Positions 1 to 9,223 of a stretch of DNA of 64,000 nucleotides are shown here, piece by piece (position 1 is the stretch's first letter; every line of letters begins with the position of its first letter). Source of the stretch: a virus. Its lineage: Duplodnaviria > Caudoviricetes. The stretch is from the IMG/VR virus record IMGVR_UViG_3300037249_000698, positions 31,134 to 95,133 of that record; one strand, 5' to 3'. The position numbers and the translations under genes were made by a program. The notes beneath the pieces were generated by a model. It was not told where the DNA came from and did no database searches. It was given only the letters and a program-made list of their open reading frames with translations.

Positions 1-29
1 AAATGATCGCAAACGTTCTTTTTTGCCAT
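1..29 (-). CDS. 5' end of a leftward gene running out of the window (MAKKNVCDH...)
   Basis: Minus-strand GAGGTG SD, then ATG at 29; a consensus promoter lies upstream at 68-96. Confidence 0.6.
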
Positions 30-67
30 ATTCACCTCGATAGATATTTGTTAAATGATGTTTGAAA

Positions 68-96
68 TTATAATAGAAATAAAAGTTCATGTCAAC
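68..96 (-). promoter_or_regulatory. sigma70-type promoter TTGACA-17-TATAAT, leftward
   Basis: Reverse complement reads ttgaca tgaacttttatttctat tataat. Confidence 0.75.
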
Positions 97-140
97 AAAA
101 TTTTAATAAAATTTAATTTAACCGTAAAGAAACCCAACTG

Positions 141-292
141 CCTAAATGAACACGGCAACCGAAATGGATTTTGTGCAAAAGGGGGGGGTCAAGCCAAATG
201 AAAAGGGCAATCAGCCTAAATGGATAGTGCCGACCCACCGCCCGACCCTGCCGACCTGTGCCAAGAGCCAATGAACCGGAAACCTAGCGACC
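141..292. repeat. GC-rich boundary element: CCnAAATGRA-like x4-5, G8 run, CCGACC x3
   Basis: cctaaatgaa 141, ccgaaatgga 159, gccaaatgaa 193, cctaaatgga 215; G8 at 181-188; ccgacc at 230, 242, 251. Confidence 0.6.
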
Positions 293-387
293 TACTGGGT
301 GAATGTGACCTGCATCACTATTTTAGTCCGGCTATTTAGTAAACGGATTTTAAAAATTCATTCCTATATAGATGTATAAACCGCAAA

Positions 388-448
388 AGTGACTTATATC
401 ACAAATTTCAAACTTACTATTGACAAATAAAAACTGTTATGCAATAAT
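388..448 (+). promoter_or_regulatory. Early promoter with upstream CRP-like box
   Basis: AGTGA-N6-TCACA 388-403; TTGACA 420, AATAAT 443; second box TGTGA-N6-TCACT at 304-319. Confidence 0.7.
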
Positions 449-483
449 GACATCATGTTGATAACACATAAGGAATTAAACAA

Positions 484-894
484 ATGAATAAAACAGAATT
501 AAAAAACAGATTATCTAAAATTATTGATAGTTTTGAAAGCAGTTATGATGCGGATGATTATTATGAATTAACATCTCGATATGGGTGTGATTGTGATCCC
601 GAATGTAAAATTTATCAGTTAGAAGAATTAAACGATCTATATTGCGGTTATACAGTCTTAAATATTTTAGATGAATTAAAAGACATAGATACTGGAGATA
701 CATATTTTTGTTACACTATTTATGGTATAGAGTCTTTTACATGCTTTAGGGATATTAAGCGTCATTTAGAATATGAAAAGATTGTCGATATTATCCTAAA
801 AGATATTGATATTTTCTTAGATTGTGATTTTTATAGTTCAGAATTGACCGATCTTCAAAATGAATTATATGATGATGAAATAACAGAAGATTAA
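484..894 (+). CDS. Highly acidic early hypothetical protein (candidate DNA mimic)
   Basis: 136 aa, about one quarter D/E, AAGGA SD, own promoter. Confidence 0.8.
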   Translation: MNKTELKNRLSKIIDSFESSYDADDYYELTSRYGCDCDPECKIYQLEELNDLYCGYTVLNILDELKDIDTGDTYFCYTIYGIESFTCFRDIKRHLEYEKIVDIILKDIDIFLDCDFYSSELTDLQNELYDDEITED

Positions 895-902
895 AATTAT
901 TG

Positions 903-944
903 TTGACAATTTAAAATGATAGGTATATAATGTACCTATCTTTT
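903..944 (+). promoter_or_regulatory. Early promoter with -10-centred inverted repeat
   Basis: TTGACA 903, TATAAT 926; gataggta-TATAATG-tacctatc followed by TTTT. Confidence 0.85.
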
Positions 945-963
945 GAAAACAGGAGTTAAAGAT

Positions 964-1287
964 ATGGAAAAGAATTTAATTGCAAAGTGTGTTGATATTG
1001 TTAAACAAGGGGATATTGAAGATCGTTATCCTTTTGAAATGAGTGTGTATTTAATATACGATAACGGCACTTGTGAAAACGATGAAATGTATCAAATGTC
1101 ATGCGATGATATGGAATTTGTAACAGGTATGAAAATTGAAGAATTAAACGGATTATCTGATATTGAAATTGCTAGAATTATTGCGGAAAATTCCCATCCA
1201 TACGGCATCGGAGATGAACAGGATGTGTATGATTATTATTCTAGCGGATTACGTTATTATTCTAATACTATTGCTATTAAATTATAG
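964..1287 (+). CDS. Acidic early hypothetical protein
   Basis: ATG 964 follows AGGAG; the ORF track start at 943 is an upstream TTG. Confidence 0.8.
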   Translation: MEKNLIAKCVDIVKQGDIEDRYPFEMSVYLIYDNGTCENDEMYQMSCDDMEFVTGMKIEELNGLSDIEIARIIAENSHPYGIGDEQDVYDYYSSGLRYYSNTIAIKL

Positions 1288-1295
1288 GTGACTAT

Positions 1296-1598
1296 ATGAA
1301 CAAAATTACAGATGATATTGAAAAATTAGCTACTGAATGTACTAACAAATTACAAGATTTAACAGGCTATAACTATGTAATTAAACCATCCACAGGAGGC
1401 ACAATACAGTTAGATATTTATGAGTCTTTAGAAGATAGTGATCTCTATTTAGCAAACATCACATATAAATCAAGACATGATTTGTATGATAGATTAGTGA
1501 TATTCAAAAACAGTTTAGATATACTAAATTTGATAACTGATAATAATACTAGACAAGCTGTAGAATGTTACCTGTTTAACATTTTCAATACTTACTAA
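1296..1598 (+). CDS. Early hypothetical protein
   Basis: 100-aa ORF with AGGTG SD. Confidence 0.75.
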   Translation: MNKITDDIEKLATECTNKLQDLTGYNYVIKPSTGGTIQLDIYESLEDSDLYLANITYKSRHDLYDRLVIFKNSLDILNLITDNNTRQAVECYLFNIFNTY

Positions 1599-1669
1599 AA
1601 TTTATTGTTGACAAATGGATTTTATTATCGTAAAATATGGTTATCAATTTGGTTAAGGAGCAAACACAA

Positions 1670-2218
1670 ATGAAATTTTTTAAAAATACTGAATGTGCAT
1701 TAAAAGAAGATTTAGAAAGTCTTGTAAAAAATAGTATGAATCTAGATACTTTTATCAAATTGTATAACTATGATAATACTAATAGCATAATACCATTTTC
1801 AGAAATAGATCGCTTTATGCAGGATATTATTTTTGATTGTTACGGCAATTATGATTTAATACTCGCAAATATTAAGAAGCTAAAAGAAATCAAACAACAA
1901 TTAAAAGCGAATGATTTTGATATTTTTACAGAAGATCATGATGATCAATCGGACTTGTATTTTATTATAAACGGAAATGATATAAAGGATTATTTCTTTG
2001 CACATGAATTTGAAAATTTATATGAAGATGAATCCACAAGTAACAAGTTATTATTAGATGCTTGTGAACTTGTAATTAACAATATACTTGCAAGTTATAA
2101 AGCGTATTTATCACTTGTTGAAAGGATGAATAAAATTAATGATGTGAAAAATGATGTTACTATCAGATTAGAAAACCTGTTACGCTGTTATGATGAATTA
2201 TGCAAACTTGAAAAATAA
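1670..2218 (+). CDS. Early hypothetical protein
   Basis: ATG after AAGGAG; promoter TTGACA 1608 / TAAAAT 1631. Confidence 0.8.
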   Translation: MKFFKNTECALKEDLESLVKNSMNLDTFIKLYNYDNTNSIIPFSEIDRFMQDIIFDCYGNYDLILANIKKLKEIKQQLKANDFDIFTEDHDDQSDLYFIINGNDIKDYFFAHEFENLYEDESTSNKLLLDACELVINNILASYKAYLSLVERMNKINDVKNDVTIRLENLLRCYDELCKLEK

Positions 2219-2230
2219 TCAAAATATTTG

Positions 2231-2273
2231 TTGACAATTAAAATAAGATATAGTAATATATACTATATCTTAT
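2231..2273 (+). promoter_or_regulatory. Early promoter with perfect 13-bp inverted repeat over the -10 box
   Basis: TTGACA 2231; ataagatatagta-ATATA-tactatatcttat 2243-2273. Confidence 0.85.
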
Positions 2274-2292
2274 GAAACAGGGAGCAAACACA

Positions 2293-2706
2293 ATGGATAA
2301 TCAGATAATTAAAAAAGTATTAAATGCTATGTTTGATAACGGATTAGAAAGTTTTATTGAAAAAATGGTTTTCAGTAAAGCTAGATATAAGGATGATTAT
2401 TTTAAAAAGTATTTCAAGACTAATGATAAAATCTATTATTTAACTTATAATCAGTATTCTAATATGGTATGTAGTAATATTGAAATAGAATTACAAGAAA
2501 TTGATGAAGATTTGATCGGTTATACTCCTGTAGACTCTGAAAGAATTGTGCTTTATGATACAGTGAACGATGCTTGGGATAGTTTTAGATCTAAACATGA
2601 TGATGATAATTTAACGGATTCTGAAATGGATGCTTTATATGAAGATGAATACAAAGACATTATTTTTGAAGATGTGATAGATATTCTATCAAATTATTGT
2701 TATTAA
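2293..2706 (+). CDS. Acidic early hypothetical protein
   Basis: ATG after GGGAG; D/E-rich C-terminal half. Confidence 0.8.
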   Translation: MDNQIIKKVLNAMFDNGLESFIEKMVFSKARYKDDYFKKYFKTNDKIYYLTYNQYSNMVCSNIEIELQEIDEDLIGYTPVDSERIVLYDTVNDAWDSFRSKHDDDNLTDSEMDALYEDEYKDIIFEDVIDILSNYCY

Positions 2707-2771
2707 CTGTTGACAAAAGAAAAATTATATAGTATCATGTATAACATCAAATAACAAATGGAGTTGAACAA

Positions 2772-3290
2772 ATGAACACATCAATTATAAAACATGCTAA
2801 CGTACGTAACATTAAAGACAAAACTGTTGTTGATGTTGATTACGGATTGGAATATATAAAAGGAAATAGGGATGCATATTTCTTTATAACCGGCACTGAA
2901 TATCATGCAAATAAAAACGGTGAACGTGATGCAAGGCGTAAAGATTGTATTCAGTGCGGAGCAATAGGAGAATATATTTGTACCTTAAACAAAAATTTTG
3001 AAGATTTAAATCACTTTCATGGTAGATATGCGGATGGATCTCCATTATATCCTGTTGAAAATGGTTTGTTTTGGTTAGGTTGCACTAAATATGAAGCGTT
3101 TAATTTAAAATACGTGTGTGAACATTTTATGATAAATGAACAGGAGGCATACAGACTTAAAGATATTATTCATTCAGAAATGGATGATAATAAAAAGCGT
3201 GAAATTTTACAAAATATTATTGATACTGAATATAAAAGTAAATGGTTAGCGGAGGCAAAACGGATTCGAGATAAGTATAACTTGTGGTAA
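2772..3290 (+). CDS. Early hypothetical protein
   Basis: 172-aa ORF, GGAG SD, promoter TTGACA 2710 / TATCAT 2733. Confidence 0.8.
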   Translation: MNTSIIKHANVRNIKDKTVVDVDYGLEYIKGNRDAYFFITGTEYHANKNGERDARRKDCIQCGAIGEYICTLNKNFEDLNHFHGRYADGSPLYPVENGLFWLGCTKYEAFNLKYVCEHFMINEQEAYRLKDIIHSEMDDNKKREILQNIIDTEYKSKWLAEAKRIRDKYNLW

Positions 3291-3307
3291 AAAATTTAAA
3301 ATAACTA

Positions 3308-3349
3308 TTGACAATACAAAAAGGATAGAATATAATGTATCTATCCTTT
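3308..3349 (+). promoter_or_regulatory. Early promoter with -10-centred inverted repeat
   Basis: TTGACA 3308, TATAAT 3331; aaaggataga...tctatccttt. Confidence 0.85.
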
Positions 3350-3385
3350 AGAAACAAAGCGAGTTTAACACAAAAAGGAATTATT

Positions 3386-3703
3386 ATGGAAACTATTAAA
3401 GAAGTACGACAGGATATTAAAAACAAATTAGAAGCTATAAATCAAGATGATTACATGGTAGAAAATGACTTAAAATTAGTATTTGCTCCATCCTGTGGTA
3501 AATATCGTATCGAATTAACAGGGAGTGTAAACAAGGTATTTTTTGCACATAATCTCCGTGAATACAAGCTATGTTTATATAATTTTCACTCTTTAACTTG
3601 GATTTTGAGTAGACATTATAAGAATCCTAACACTGATGATGTTTTATCTATACAAAGTGTTATTGAACTTTTGGAGCATTGCGGATTTTATTATTATTGT
3701 TAA
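3386..3703 (+). CDS. Early hypothetical protein
   Basis: ATG after AAGGA SD. Confidence 0.75.
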   Translation: METIKEVRQDIKNKLEAINQDDYMVENDLKLVFAPSCGKYRIELTGSVNKVFFAHNLREYKLCLYNFHSLTWILSRHYKNPNTDDVLSIQSVIELLEHCGFYYYC

Positions 3704-3719
3704 ATTTTAAAAATAGTTG

Positions 3720-3760
3720 TTGACAAATAAATTAAGATAGTGTATCATAACACTATCTTA
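3720..3760 (+). promoter_or_regulatory. Early promoter with -10-centred inverted repeat
   Basis: TTGACA 3720, TATCAT 3743; taagatagtgt-ATCATA-acactatctta. Confidence 0.85.
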
Positions 3761-3789
3761 TAAAGAAAACCTAACAGGAGTACCAAAAA

Positions 3790-4488
3790 ATGGGATGGGA
3801 TGGAATTTATATCAGTGAACCGCACAAAACTGTATCTGAAAAGTTATCTGTATATTTCAAGTATCACGGATTTTGTGAAAATGAAGTTGTAAAAGCTACT
3901 ATCAAAAATGGTGTTGTTTACGGAGCAATCCGGAACTTAAAAACAAATGATGTATGGGCTATGGTTAGTTTGTTAAAATTCAGAAAGGATGGATGGCAAA
4001 CTGAAATGCTAGTAAAAAATATGAGTGAAGATATGATGCCGTATTATTTTGATTGCCCTAAAGCTATACTTGATTTATTGACAAAAACTGATAATGAACA
4101 TTCTAACGAATGGAGAAAAAGATGCTATGAACAGTTAGCAAACCAAAAGGAAAAAGCAAAAGTAAAAAAGAGTCCATATATTTTTGTAAAATCCGGTATT
4201 AGATTTAGCATGGGTTGTACTTATCATGTGTTTGAAAAAGATTCTACTATGCGAACTAAATATCATACCTTTGAAACAGGATATGGATTAAGAATCAGTC
4301 ATATAAATGATTTTGATGTGCAGTACATATCAGAAGAACAATATTTAAGATGTAAGGATGCATATTATAAGATTAGGGATGCTAAAATTTTAGTAGAGTA
4401 TGAAAAGACTAACGATCCGGAAATGATTAAATTATCACAATTAGAATTATGTGATGTATATCAAAATATTATAAATCAGACTGAATAA
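3790..4488 (+). CDS. DUF6927-like protein
   Basis: MGW start and K.MSEDM.PYYFDCP..ILDLLT....EWR.RC pattern recalled from this mobile-element family. Confidence 0.6.
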   Translation: MGWDGIYISEPHKTVSEKLSVYFKYHGFCENEVVKATIKNGVVYGAIRNLKTNDVWAMVSLLKFRKDGWQTEMLVKNMSEDMMPYYFDCPKAILDLLTKTDNEHSNEWRKRCYEQLANQKEKAKVKKSPYIFVKSGIRFSMGCTYHVFEKDSTMRTKYHTFETGYGLRISHINDFDVQYISEEQYLRCKDAYYKIRDAKILVEYEKTNDPEMIKLSQLELCDVYQNIINQTE

Positions 4489-4491
4489 TTA

Positions 4492-4534
4492 TTGACAAAT
4501 AAAACTAGATAGATTAAAATAAATCTATCTAGTT
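4492..4534 (+). promoter_or_regulatory. Early promoter with 13-bp inverted repeat
   Basis: TTGACA 4492, TAAAAT 4515; aactagatagatt-AAAATA-aatctatctagtt. Confidence 0.85.
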
Positions 4535-4551
4535 AGCAAGGGAGTTATATT

Positions 4552-4974
4552 ATGGGATATGAAGTAAGGGATGTGTTTGATATATTAGAAAAAGAATTAA
4601 CAGATTATTTTTTGTCTTTACCTGTTGAAAAGCAAGTACCATTAATAAATGAATATTATAACACTATTAAAATTATAAAATTAACAGATTGTCTATCAGA
4701 TGATCAAATGGAAAATTTTTATAAAAAAGTTGAAAATTTATATGTAGTATTTTTTGGTAAAACTACATTAGAACCGATTATTTATACAAAAACGGAATTG
4801 ATAAAACAAGACTGGTTTATACATGCCATTAAAACATTATGTTATTGTTATGATAAATTTTCTTTTGATGATATTGAAGATTCTCATATTCAAGATATTA
4901 TTATAACTATGCAAAATGTCGCAAGGGCAATAGACAAAATTAAAAATCAAAAAGTTGAAATAATTTTAAAATAA
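4552..4974 (+). CDS. Early hypothetical protein
   Basis: 140-aa ORF, GGGAG SD. Confidence 0.8.
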   Translation: MGYEVRDVFDILEKELTDYFLSLPVEKQVPLINEYYNTIKIIKLTDCLSDDQMENFYKKVENLYVVFFGKTTLEPIIYTKTELIKQDWFIHAIKTLCYCYDKFSFDDIEDSHIQDIIITMQNVARAIDKIKNQKVEIILK

Positions 4975-4977
4975 TAG

Positions 4978-5019
4978 TTGACAACAAATAAAGATAGTAT
5001 TATAATGATACTATCTTTA
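4978..5019 (+). promoter_or_regulatory. Early promoter with 12-bp inverted repeat
   Basis: TTGACA 4978, TATAAT 5001; taaagatagtat-TATAATG-atactatcttta. Confidence 0.85.
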
Positions 5020-5038
5020 ATACAGGGAGTAATAACAA

Positions 5039-5515
5039 ATGATGATAGATTTAGAAATTATTATTGAAGAATTAGATCGCTTTTATAACGTTCACTGTTT
5101 AGAAAATGATAGATTAAACAAGTTTTCAAAGTGCATTATTGAAGATGCAAAAAGAATGATAACAAATGTTATTTCAGACTATGGATTTGAAATTGAGTCT
5201 AAACAGGAATTAGCAAAACGGATTTCAAAAAACAGATATGAATATTTAGATCTCACAAAATTTGCGGAATTAATATCATCCTGTAGTATTGATGCGGAAA
5301 TTTGCACAGATACAATTTATAAAAGATATTTATCAGATAATCTGTATAATGCGTATAAGAATGAAGATCCAAGTTTTGAAGATGCTAGAAAACGTATGAT
5401 CGGATATAGACAAAATATGACTGATATTTATTTAGAGGCTAAAAGTTATGCTAAGGCATGGCAAAAAATCGAACGTATTATTGATGATATAGAAGAATTT
5501 AAACTAACACATTAA
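5039..5515 (+). CDS. Early hypothetical protein
   Basis: 158-aa ORF, GGGAG SD. Confidence 0.8.
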   Translation: MMIDLEIIIEELDRFYNVHCLENDRLNKFSKCIIEDAKRMITNVISDYGFEIESKQELAKRISKNRYEYLDLTKFAELISSCSIDAEICTDTIYKRYLSDNLYNAYKNEDPSFEDARKRMIGYRQNMTDIYLEAKSYAKAWQKIERIIDDIEEFKLTH

Positions 5516-5523
5516 AATAATTG

Positions 5524-5560
5524 TTGACAAGTTTTGTGAGTAGTAGTAAAATACTACTCA
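5524..5560 (+). promoter_or_regulatory. Early promoter with inverted repeat
   Basis: TTGACA 5524, TAAAAT 5547; tgagtagta-GTAAAA-tactactca. Confidence 0.8.
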
Positions 5561-5586
5561 TAAACCAAAAACAGGGAGTTAAAATT

Positions 5587-6120
5587 ATGAATGATTGTGA
5601 ATATATAAAAGACTTTTGGACTAATGATGATGTTAGAATTGTTTACAGTACAGACTTTTTGAAACAGGATAAGGAAAACGATTTTAAAAAAGCTATTGAA
5701 AACCTGTATGAATATATGGTAAACGGAGATTTTGAAACAGAATTTGATTTTGATGTAGAAAACGATTATTGCATCTTATGTGAAGAATATCCGGAACTTG
5801 AAACATATAATATCTTGCATCGTATGGGGGATTTAGACTCATATTGTGAAGAATTTAATATAACAATTAGTAACTTTTTGGAAAATATGGATGATAGCTT
5901 TAGTTTGTGCGATAATTATTTTTGTGATAGTAGACAATATATAAGCGGAGATAGTTTAACTAGTTTTAATATTGATTATTTAGATATTGTTAGACAAATA
6001 GCATTTTCACCGGAAAAATTACTACAATTTGAAAACGGAAAAAACATTATTTTAAAAAATTTAGATTGTGACCATTTAAAAAAGATACTTATTGATATTC
6101 TAAACTGTATTGAAAAATAA
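5587..6120 (+). CDS. Highly acidic early protein, probable distant paralog of 484..894
   Basis: ATG after GGGAG; D/E-rich; both share a D.YFC motif followed by an ES/SF-like segment. Confidence 0.75.
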   Translation: MNDCEYIKDFWTNDDVRIVYSTDFLKQDKENDFKKAIENLYEYMVNGDFETEFDFDVENDYCILCEEYPELETYNILHRMGDLDSYCEEFNITISNFLENMDDSFSLCDNYFCDSRQYISGDSLTSFNIDYLDIVRQIAFSPEKLLQFENGKNIILKNLDCDHLKKILIDILNCIEK

Positions 6121-6123
6121 ATC

Positions 6124-6166
6124 TTGACAATATTTTTAAAGTAGTATAGATAATTCTATACTACTT
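6124..6166 (+). promoter_or_regulatory. Early promoter-like module with 12-bp inverted repeat
   Basis: TTGACA 6124; aagtagtataga-TAAT-tctatactactt; -10 spacing imperfect. Confidence 0.6.
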
Positions 6167-6425
6167 AATAAAGTAAAGTTATAGATATGGAGAAAAACGG
6201 ATTGTATTATTTTTGCTTAATTATTCTTTTATCATTCCTGTTTGTTATTGATAACATTCTTTTACAGATAATGAGATGATAAACGGAATTTAAATTTTTT
6301 TAAAATAGTTATTGACAAAAGAAAAATAGTATATTATCATATATAGCATAGTAACGGAGCAATATCAAAAAGTTAAACCTGTTACTGATTAAAAAACGGA
6401 TTATAAATAAAAGGAATATAACACT

Positions 6426-7454
6426 ATGAATACTAAAATTGAAACTCTTATTAAAAAATCACTCTGTTTAAACTCTAATACCAATAAAGTTTTAGTTAGT
6501 CAAAAAGACAATATTTTGACTCTTGAAACATCAAACTTTATGGTTAAAATTCCTGTTAATAGTAATGAAACATTTGAAGGTTTTACAAGTTCTGATATTA
6601 TTAAATCTAACAGTATTGATAATATTAAATTTATCACTCGAATTGAAGATACTTCAAACGAATATAGACACGAATTTAAAACTTATTCCAAAAAGGTAGT
6701 TATTAATCCAGTAAATTTTAAAAAGTTATTATTACAGAAAACACAGAGTAATAATGCAAATATTTGTGATGCCGTATGGTTTAATTACGATAATATGTAT
6801 GAAACAAACGGACATTACATCATAGCTATAAATAACGCTTATTCAGAAAACGATTGTACTTTTGGAATAGATAAAAAGATTGTAGAACTATTAAAAAATT
6901 GTACTGAATACTTGTTTGTAAGTTATGAAAATAATGATACAGATTATCACAAATCACAAAATACCAGTATAGAATTAAATATTGACGGAATACTATTTCA
7001 TTATAATTCAGTAATTACTATTTGTGATTTTAAGTCTATGATCCATAATGCTATGAGTTTTAAATCACAAATTTTAAAGGAATACAAGTTTGACAATTTA
7101 AAGGAATTTTCAAAACTGTTAGCGAGTGCTAAAAACGATGAAAAAAGGATTGTATTAGATTTTAAAAAGGATAAATTGACCGCATATAACATCTTTAATG
7201 CAGGTACTATAAACAATTATAAAATGAGTGAGATCGGCACATGTAACAGTAATTATCATTCAGATGATGAATTAAATAGAATTGTAATTGATAGTAACTA
7301 TGCAAAAAAGATAAAAGATGCGATTAAAAATGATGCGGAAATATTATTAAAATTAGAGGGAGATAAAAGATACGGAATAAATAAAATGACCATTAGAAAT
7401 AGTAATTTGACTTTAATTATTATGGGAGTTGTGAATTGTAATTTTATTGAATAG
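6426..7454 (+). CDS. Divergent beta-sliding-clamp-like protein
   Basis: 342 aa; DAVWF...YETNGHYI resembles the clamp GV.F...ATDGHRL motif; ends LIIMGV; promoter TTGACA 6312 / TATCAT 6335. Confidence 0.5.
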   Translation: MNTKIETLIKKSLCLNSNTNKVLVSQKDNILTLETSNFMVKIPVNSNETFEGFTSSDIIKSNSIDNIKFITRIEDTSNEYRHEFKTYSKKVVINPVNFKKLLLQKTQSNNANICDAVWFNYDNMYETNGHYIIAINNAYSENDCTFGIDKKIVELLKNCTEYLFVSYENNDTDYHKSQNTSIELNIDGILFHYNSVITICDFKSMIHNAMSFKSQILKEYKFDNLKEFSKLLASAKNDEKRIVLDFKKDKLTAYNIFNAGTINNYKMSEIGTCNSNYHSDDELNRIVIDSNYAKKIKDAIKNDAEILLKLEGDKRYGINKMTIRNSNLTLIIMGVVNCNFIE

Positions 7455-7465
7455 TCATAAAAATT

Positions 7466-7493
7466 ATAGGGAGTATATATGAATACTCCCTAT
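7466..7493 (+). terminator. Strong hairpin after the clamp-like gene (terminator or processing site)
   Basis: atagggagtat-ATATGA-atactccctat; poor U-tract. Confidence 0.5.
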
Positions 7494-7607
7494 TAAATCA
7501 GTATGAAAAACGGATTAAAAATTTTTAAATTTTTTATTGACAATAAAAAGTCATTGTAGTATCATGTATTCCATACGATGAACGGATAACAAATACGGAG
7601 TAACGAT

Positions 7608-7961
7608 ATGAATACTTTAAAAGATTTAATTAAAAATTCATTCCATAATTTTAATGAAAAATTTTCTTTATTAAAAAATGATGTTTTCTATACTGTAGAG
7701 ATCCAGTATGATTTAAATGTGGAATATTCAGATCCGGAAATTGTTGTATGTATGGAGACAAAAAAGCATAAAATTGAATTTAGTTTTCATTTGAATAGTT
7801 TTTTTAATGATTATTATAATGGGGATAATTTTGAAAAACAGTATAATCATTTTCAAAATTCTGTTTTAAACTCTATTAGAAACAGATATTCATTTGTTAA
7901 ACATAATGATGATAGTTTTATTAAAAAGTGCTTTTTTGGAGGTCAATATATATATTACTAA
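7608..7961 (+). CDS. Early hypothetical protein
   Basis: GGAG SD; promoter TTGACA 7537 / TATCAT 7560. Confidence 0.8.
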   Translation: MNTLKDLIKNSFHNFNEKFSLLKNDVFYTVEIQYDLNVEYSDPEIVVCMETKKHKIEFSFHLNSFFNDYYNGDNFEKQYNHFQNSVLNSIRNRYSFVKHNDDSFIKKCFFGGQYIYY

Positions 7962-8067
7962 TAATGTGATACAGGTCATAAAACGGATTATTTTAAAATT
8001 GACCTGTTGACAATTAAAAAACAATATGCAATAATATATTCATGTTTTGAGATATGGAGTAAACAAT

Positions 8068-8307
8068 ATGACTAATAAAGAATTTAGCGAATACAGATCC
8101 GGCAAAAAATGTGCTTCAGAATATATCATGGAGCTTGTCAATATACGTGTATATAATCCGGATAGTTTAACATCAAGACAATTAAAACAGATTATTAAAG
8201 ATAAAATTGATTTATCAAATAAGTTAATTACTGATAATAATCAAGTATCATTTAATCAAGGTTATAAACATACTATGGAGGATTTTTTACACTTCATCAC
8301 AAAATAA
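8068..8307 (+). CDS. Early hypothetical protein
   Basis: ATG after GGAG; promoter TTGACA 8007 / AATAAT 8030; CRP-like box 7965-7980. Confidence 0.75.
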   Translation: MTNKEFSEYRSGKKCASEYIMELVNIRVYNPDSLTSRQLKQIIKDKIDLSNKLITDNNQVSFNQGYKHTMEDFLHFITK

Positions 8308-8319
8308 ATCAAATAGTAA

Positions 8320-8361
8320 TTGACAATTAAAAAAGATAGTATTATGATAATACTATCTTTT
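8320..8361 (+). promoter_or_regulatory. Early promoter with 14-bp inverted repeat
   Basis: TTGACA 8320, TATGAT 8343; aaaagatagtatta-TGA-taatactatctttt. Confidence 0.85.
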
Positions 8362-8380
8362 AGAAAACAGGAGCAAAAAA

Positions 8381-8707
8381 ATGACTATTAAAAGATCTGA
8401 TATTGATTTTCTTGTAAATGATATAAATGAACAGTTAAAAAATTTTTATTTATCAAATATAGATAAAATTGTCGCTAGAAAAGATCAAAAAGGATTCTGT
8501 ATTGAATATATAATTAATGGTAAACAATCAAATAGTTTTTATGCTAACCTTAGTAAAAATCAGATTTATATTTTTCTTGAAACATTAAACAGGTTATTAT
8601 ATAAAAATGTGACCATAACAGGATGCACAGATACCGAAGATCAGAAAAAAGGCAATACAGATTTAATCGTTAATTTGATTGAATTTTGGAATAAATCAAA
8701 TATATAA
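8381..8707 (+). CDS. Early hypothetical protein
   Basis: AGGAG SD. Confidence 0.8.
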   Translation: MTIKRSDIDFLVNDINEQLKNFYLSNIDKIVARKDQKGFCIEYIINGKQSNSFYANLSKNQIYIFLETLNRLLYKNVTITGCTDTEDQKKGNTDLIVNLIEFWNKSNI

Positions 8708-8814
8708 AATGTGGAAATAAATCACAAAATTTTAAAAATAGTGTTTGACAATAAAACAAAATTAGTTTAGAATGATACTCATAAATCGTTAAACACTATT
8801 TAAGGAGTACAAAA

Positions 8815-9126
8815 ATGATTATTTTAAACACTGAAAACAAATTAAAACTTGAAATTATTTACAATGTAATTAGTTCTATTATTTATGATTACAGAGTAAC
8901 TTTAAATTTAAGTGCTAGATACAGAATTGAATTTTCATGCGATAAAGGTATTGTATCCGCTGTATTCTTAGATAATGATGAAGAAGTAATTAAATGCGAT
9001 ACTTTTAAGGATATATCCTTTTATAAAATGTTTTATGGATTCGTAAACGGCATTATTATTGAATATGCTTATAACGATATAGTAATTGAACAGGAGCACA
9101 AAATTATTGCCACAATAAAAATCTAA
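8815..9126 (+). CDS. Early hypothetical protein
   Basis: AAGGAG SD; promoter TTGACA 8745 / TAGAAT 8768 enclosed by inverted repeat 8737-8800. Confidence 0.8.
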   Translation: MIILNTENKLKLEIIYNVISSIIYDYRVTLNLSARYRIEFSCDKGIVSAVFLDNDEEVIKCDTFKDISFYKMFYGFVNGIIIEYAYNDIVIEQEHKIIATIKI

Positions 9127-9223
9127 CAGGGATCACAAAATTTAATAGTGCTATTGACAACAAAATTGAATAGCACTATAATAAAAACAGTTAAACGGAT
9201 AAAACAATACAGGAGCTAAAGCT

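Noticed and set aside
943-963. ORF-track starts at 943, 1637, 2272, 3335, 5521, 8047, 11583, 16948, 24806, 39474, 57425
   Set aside because: These upstream starts overlap promoters, terminators, neighbouring genes or intron structure; downstream ATGs with properly spaced SD sequences were used instead
7466-7495. Mini-gene MNTPY with GGGAG SD
   Set aside because: The SD lies in the stem and the ATG in the loop of an 11-bp hairpin; more simply a terminator or processing stem
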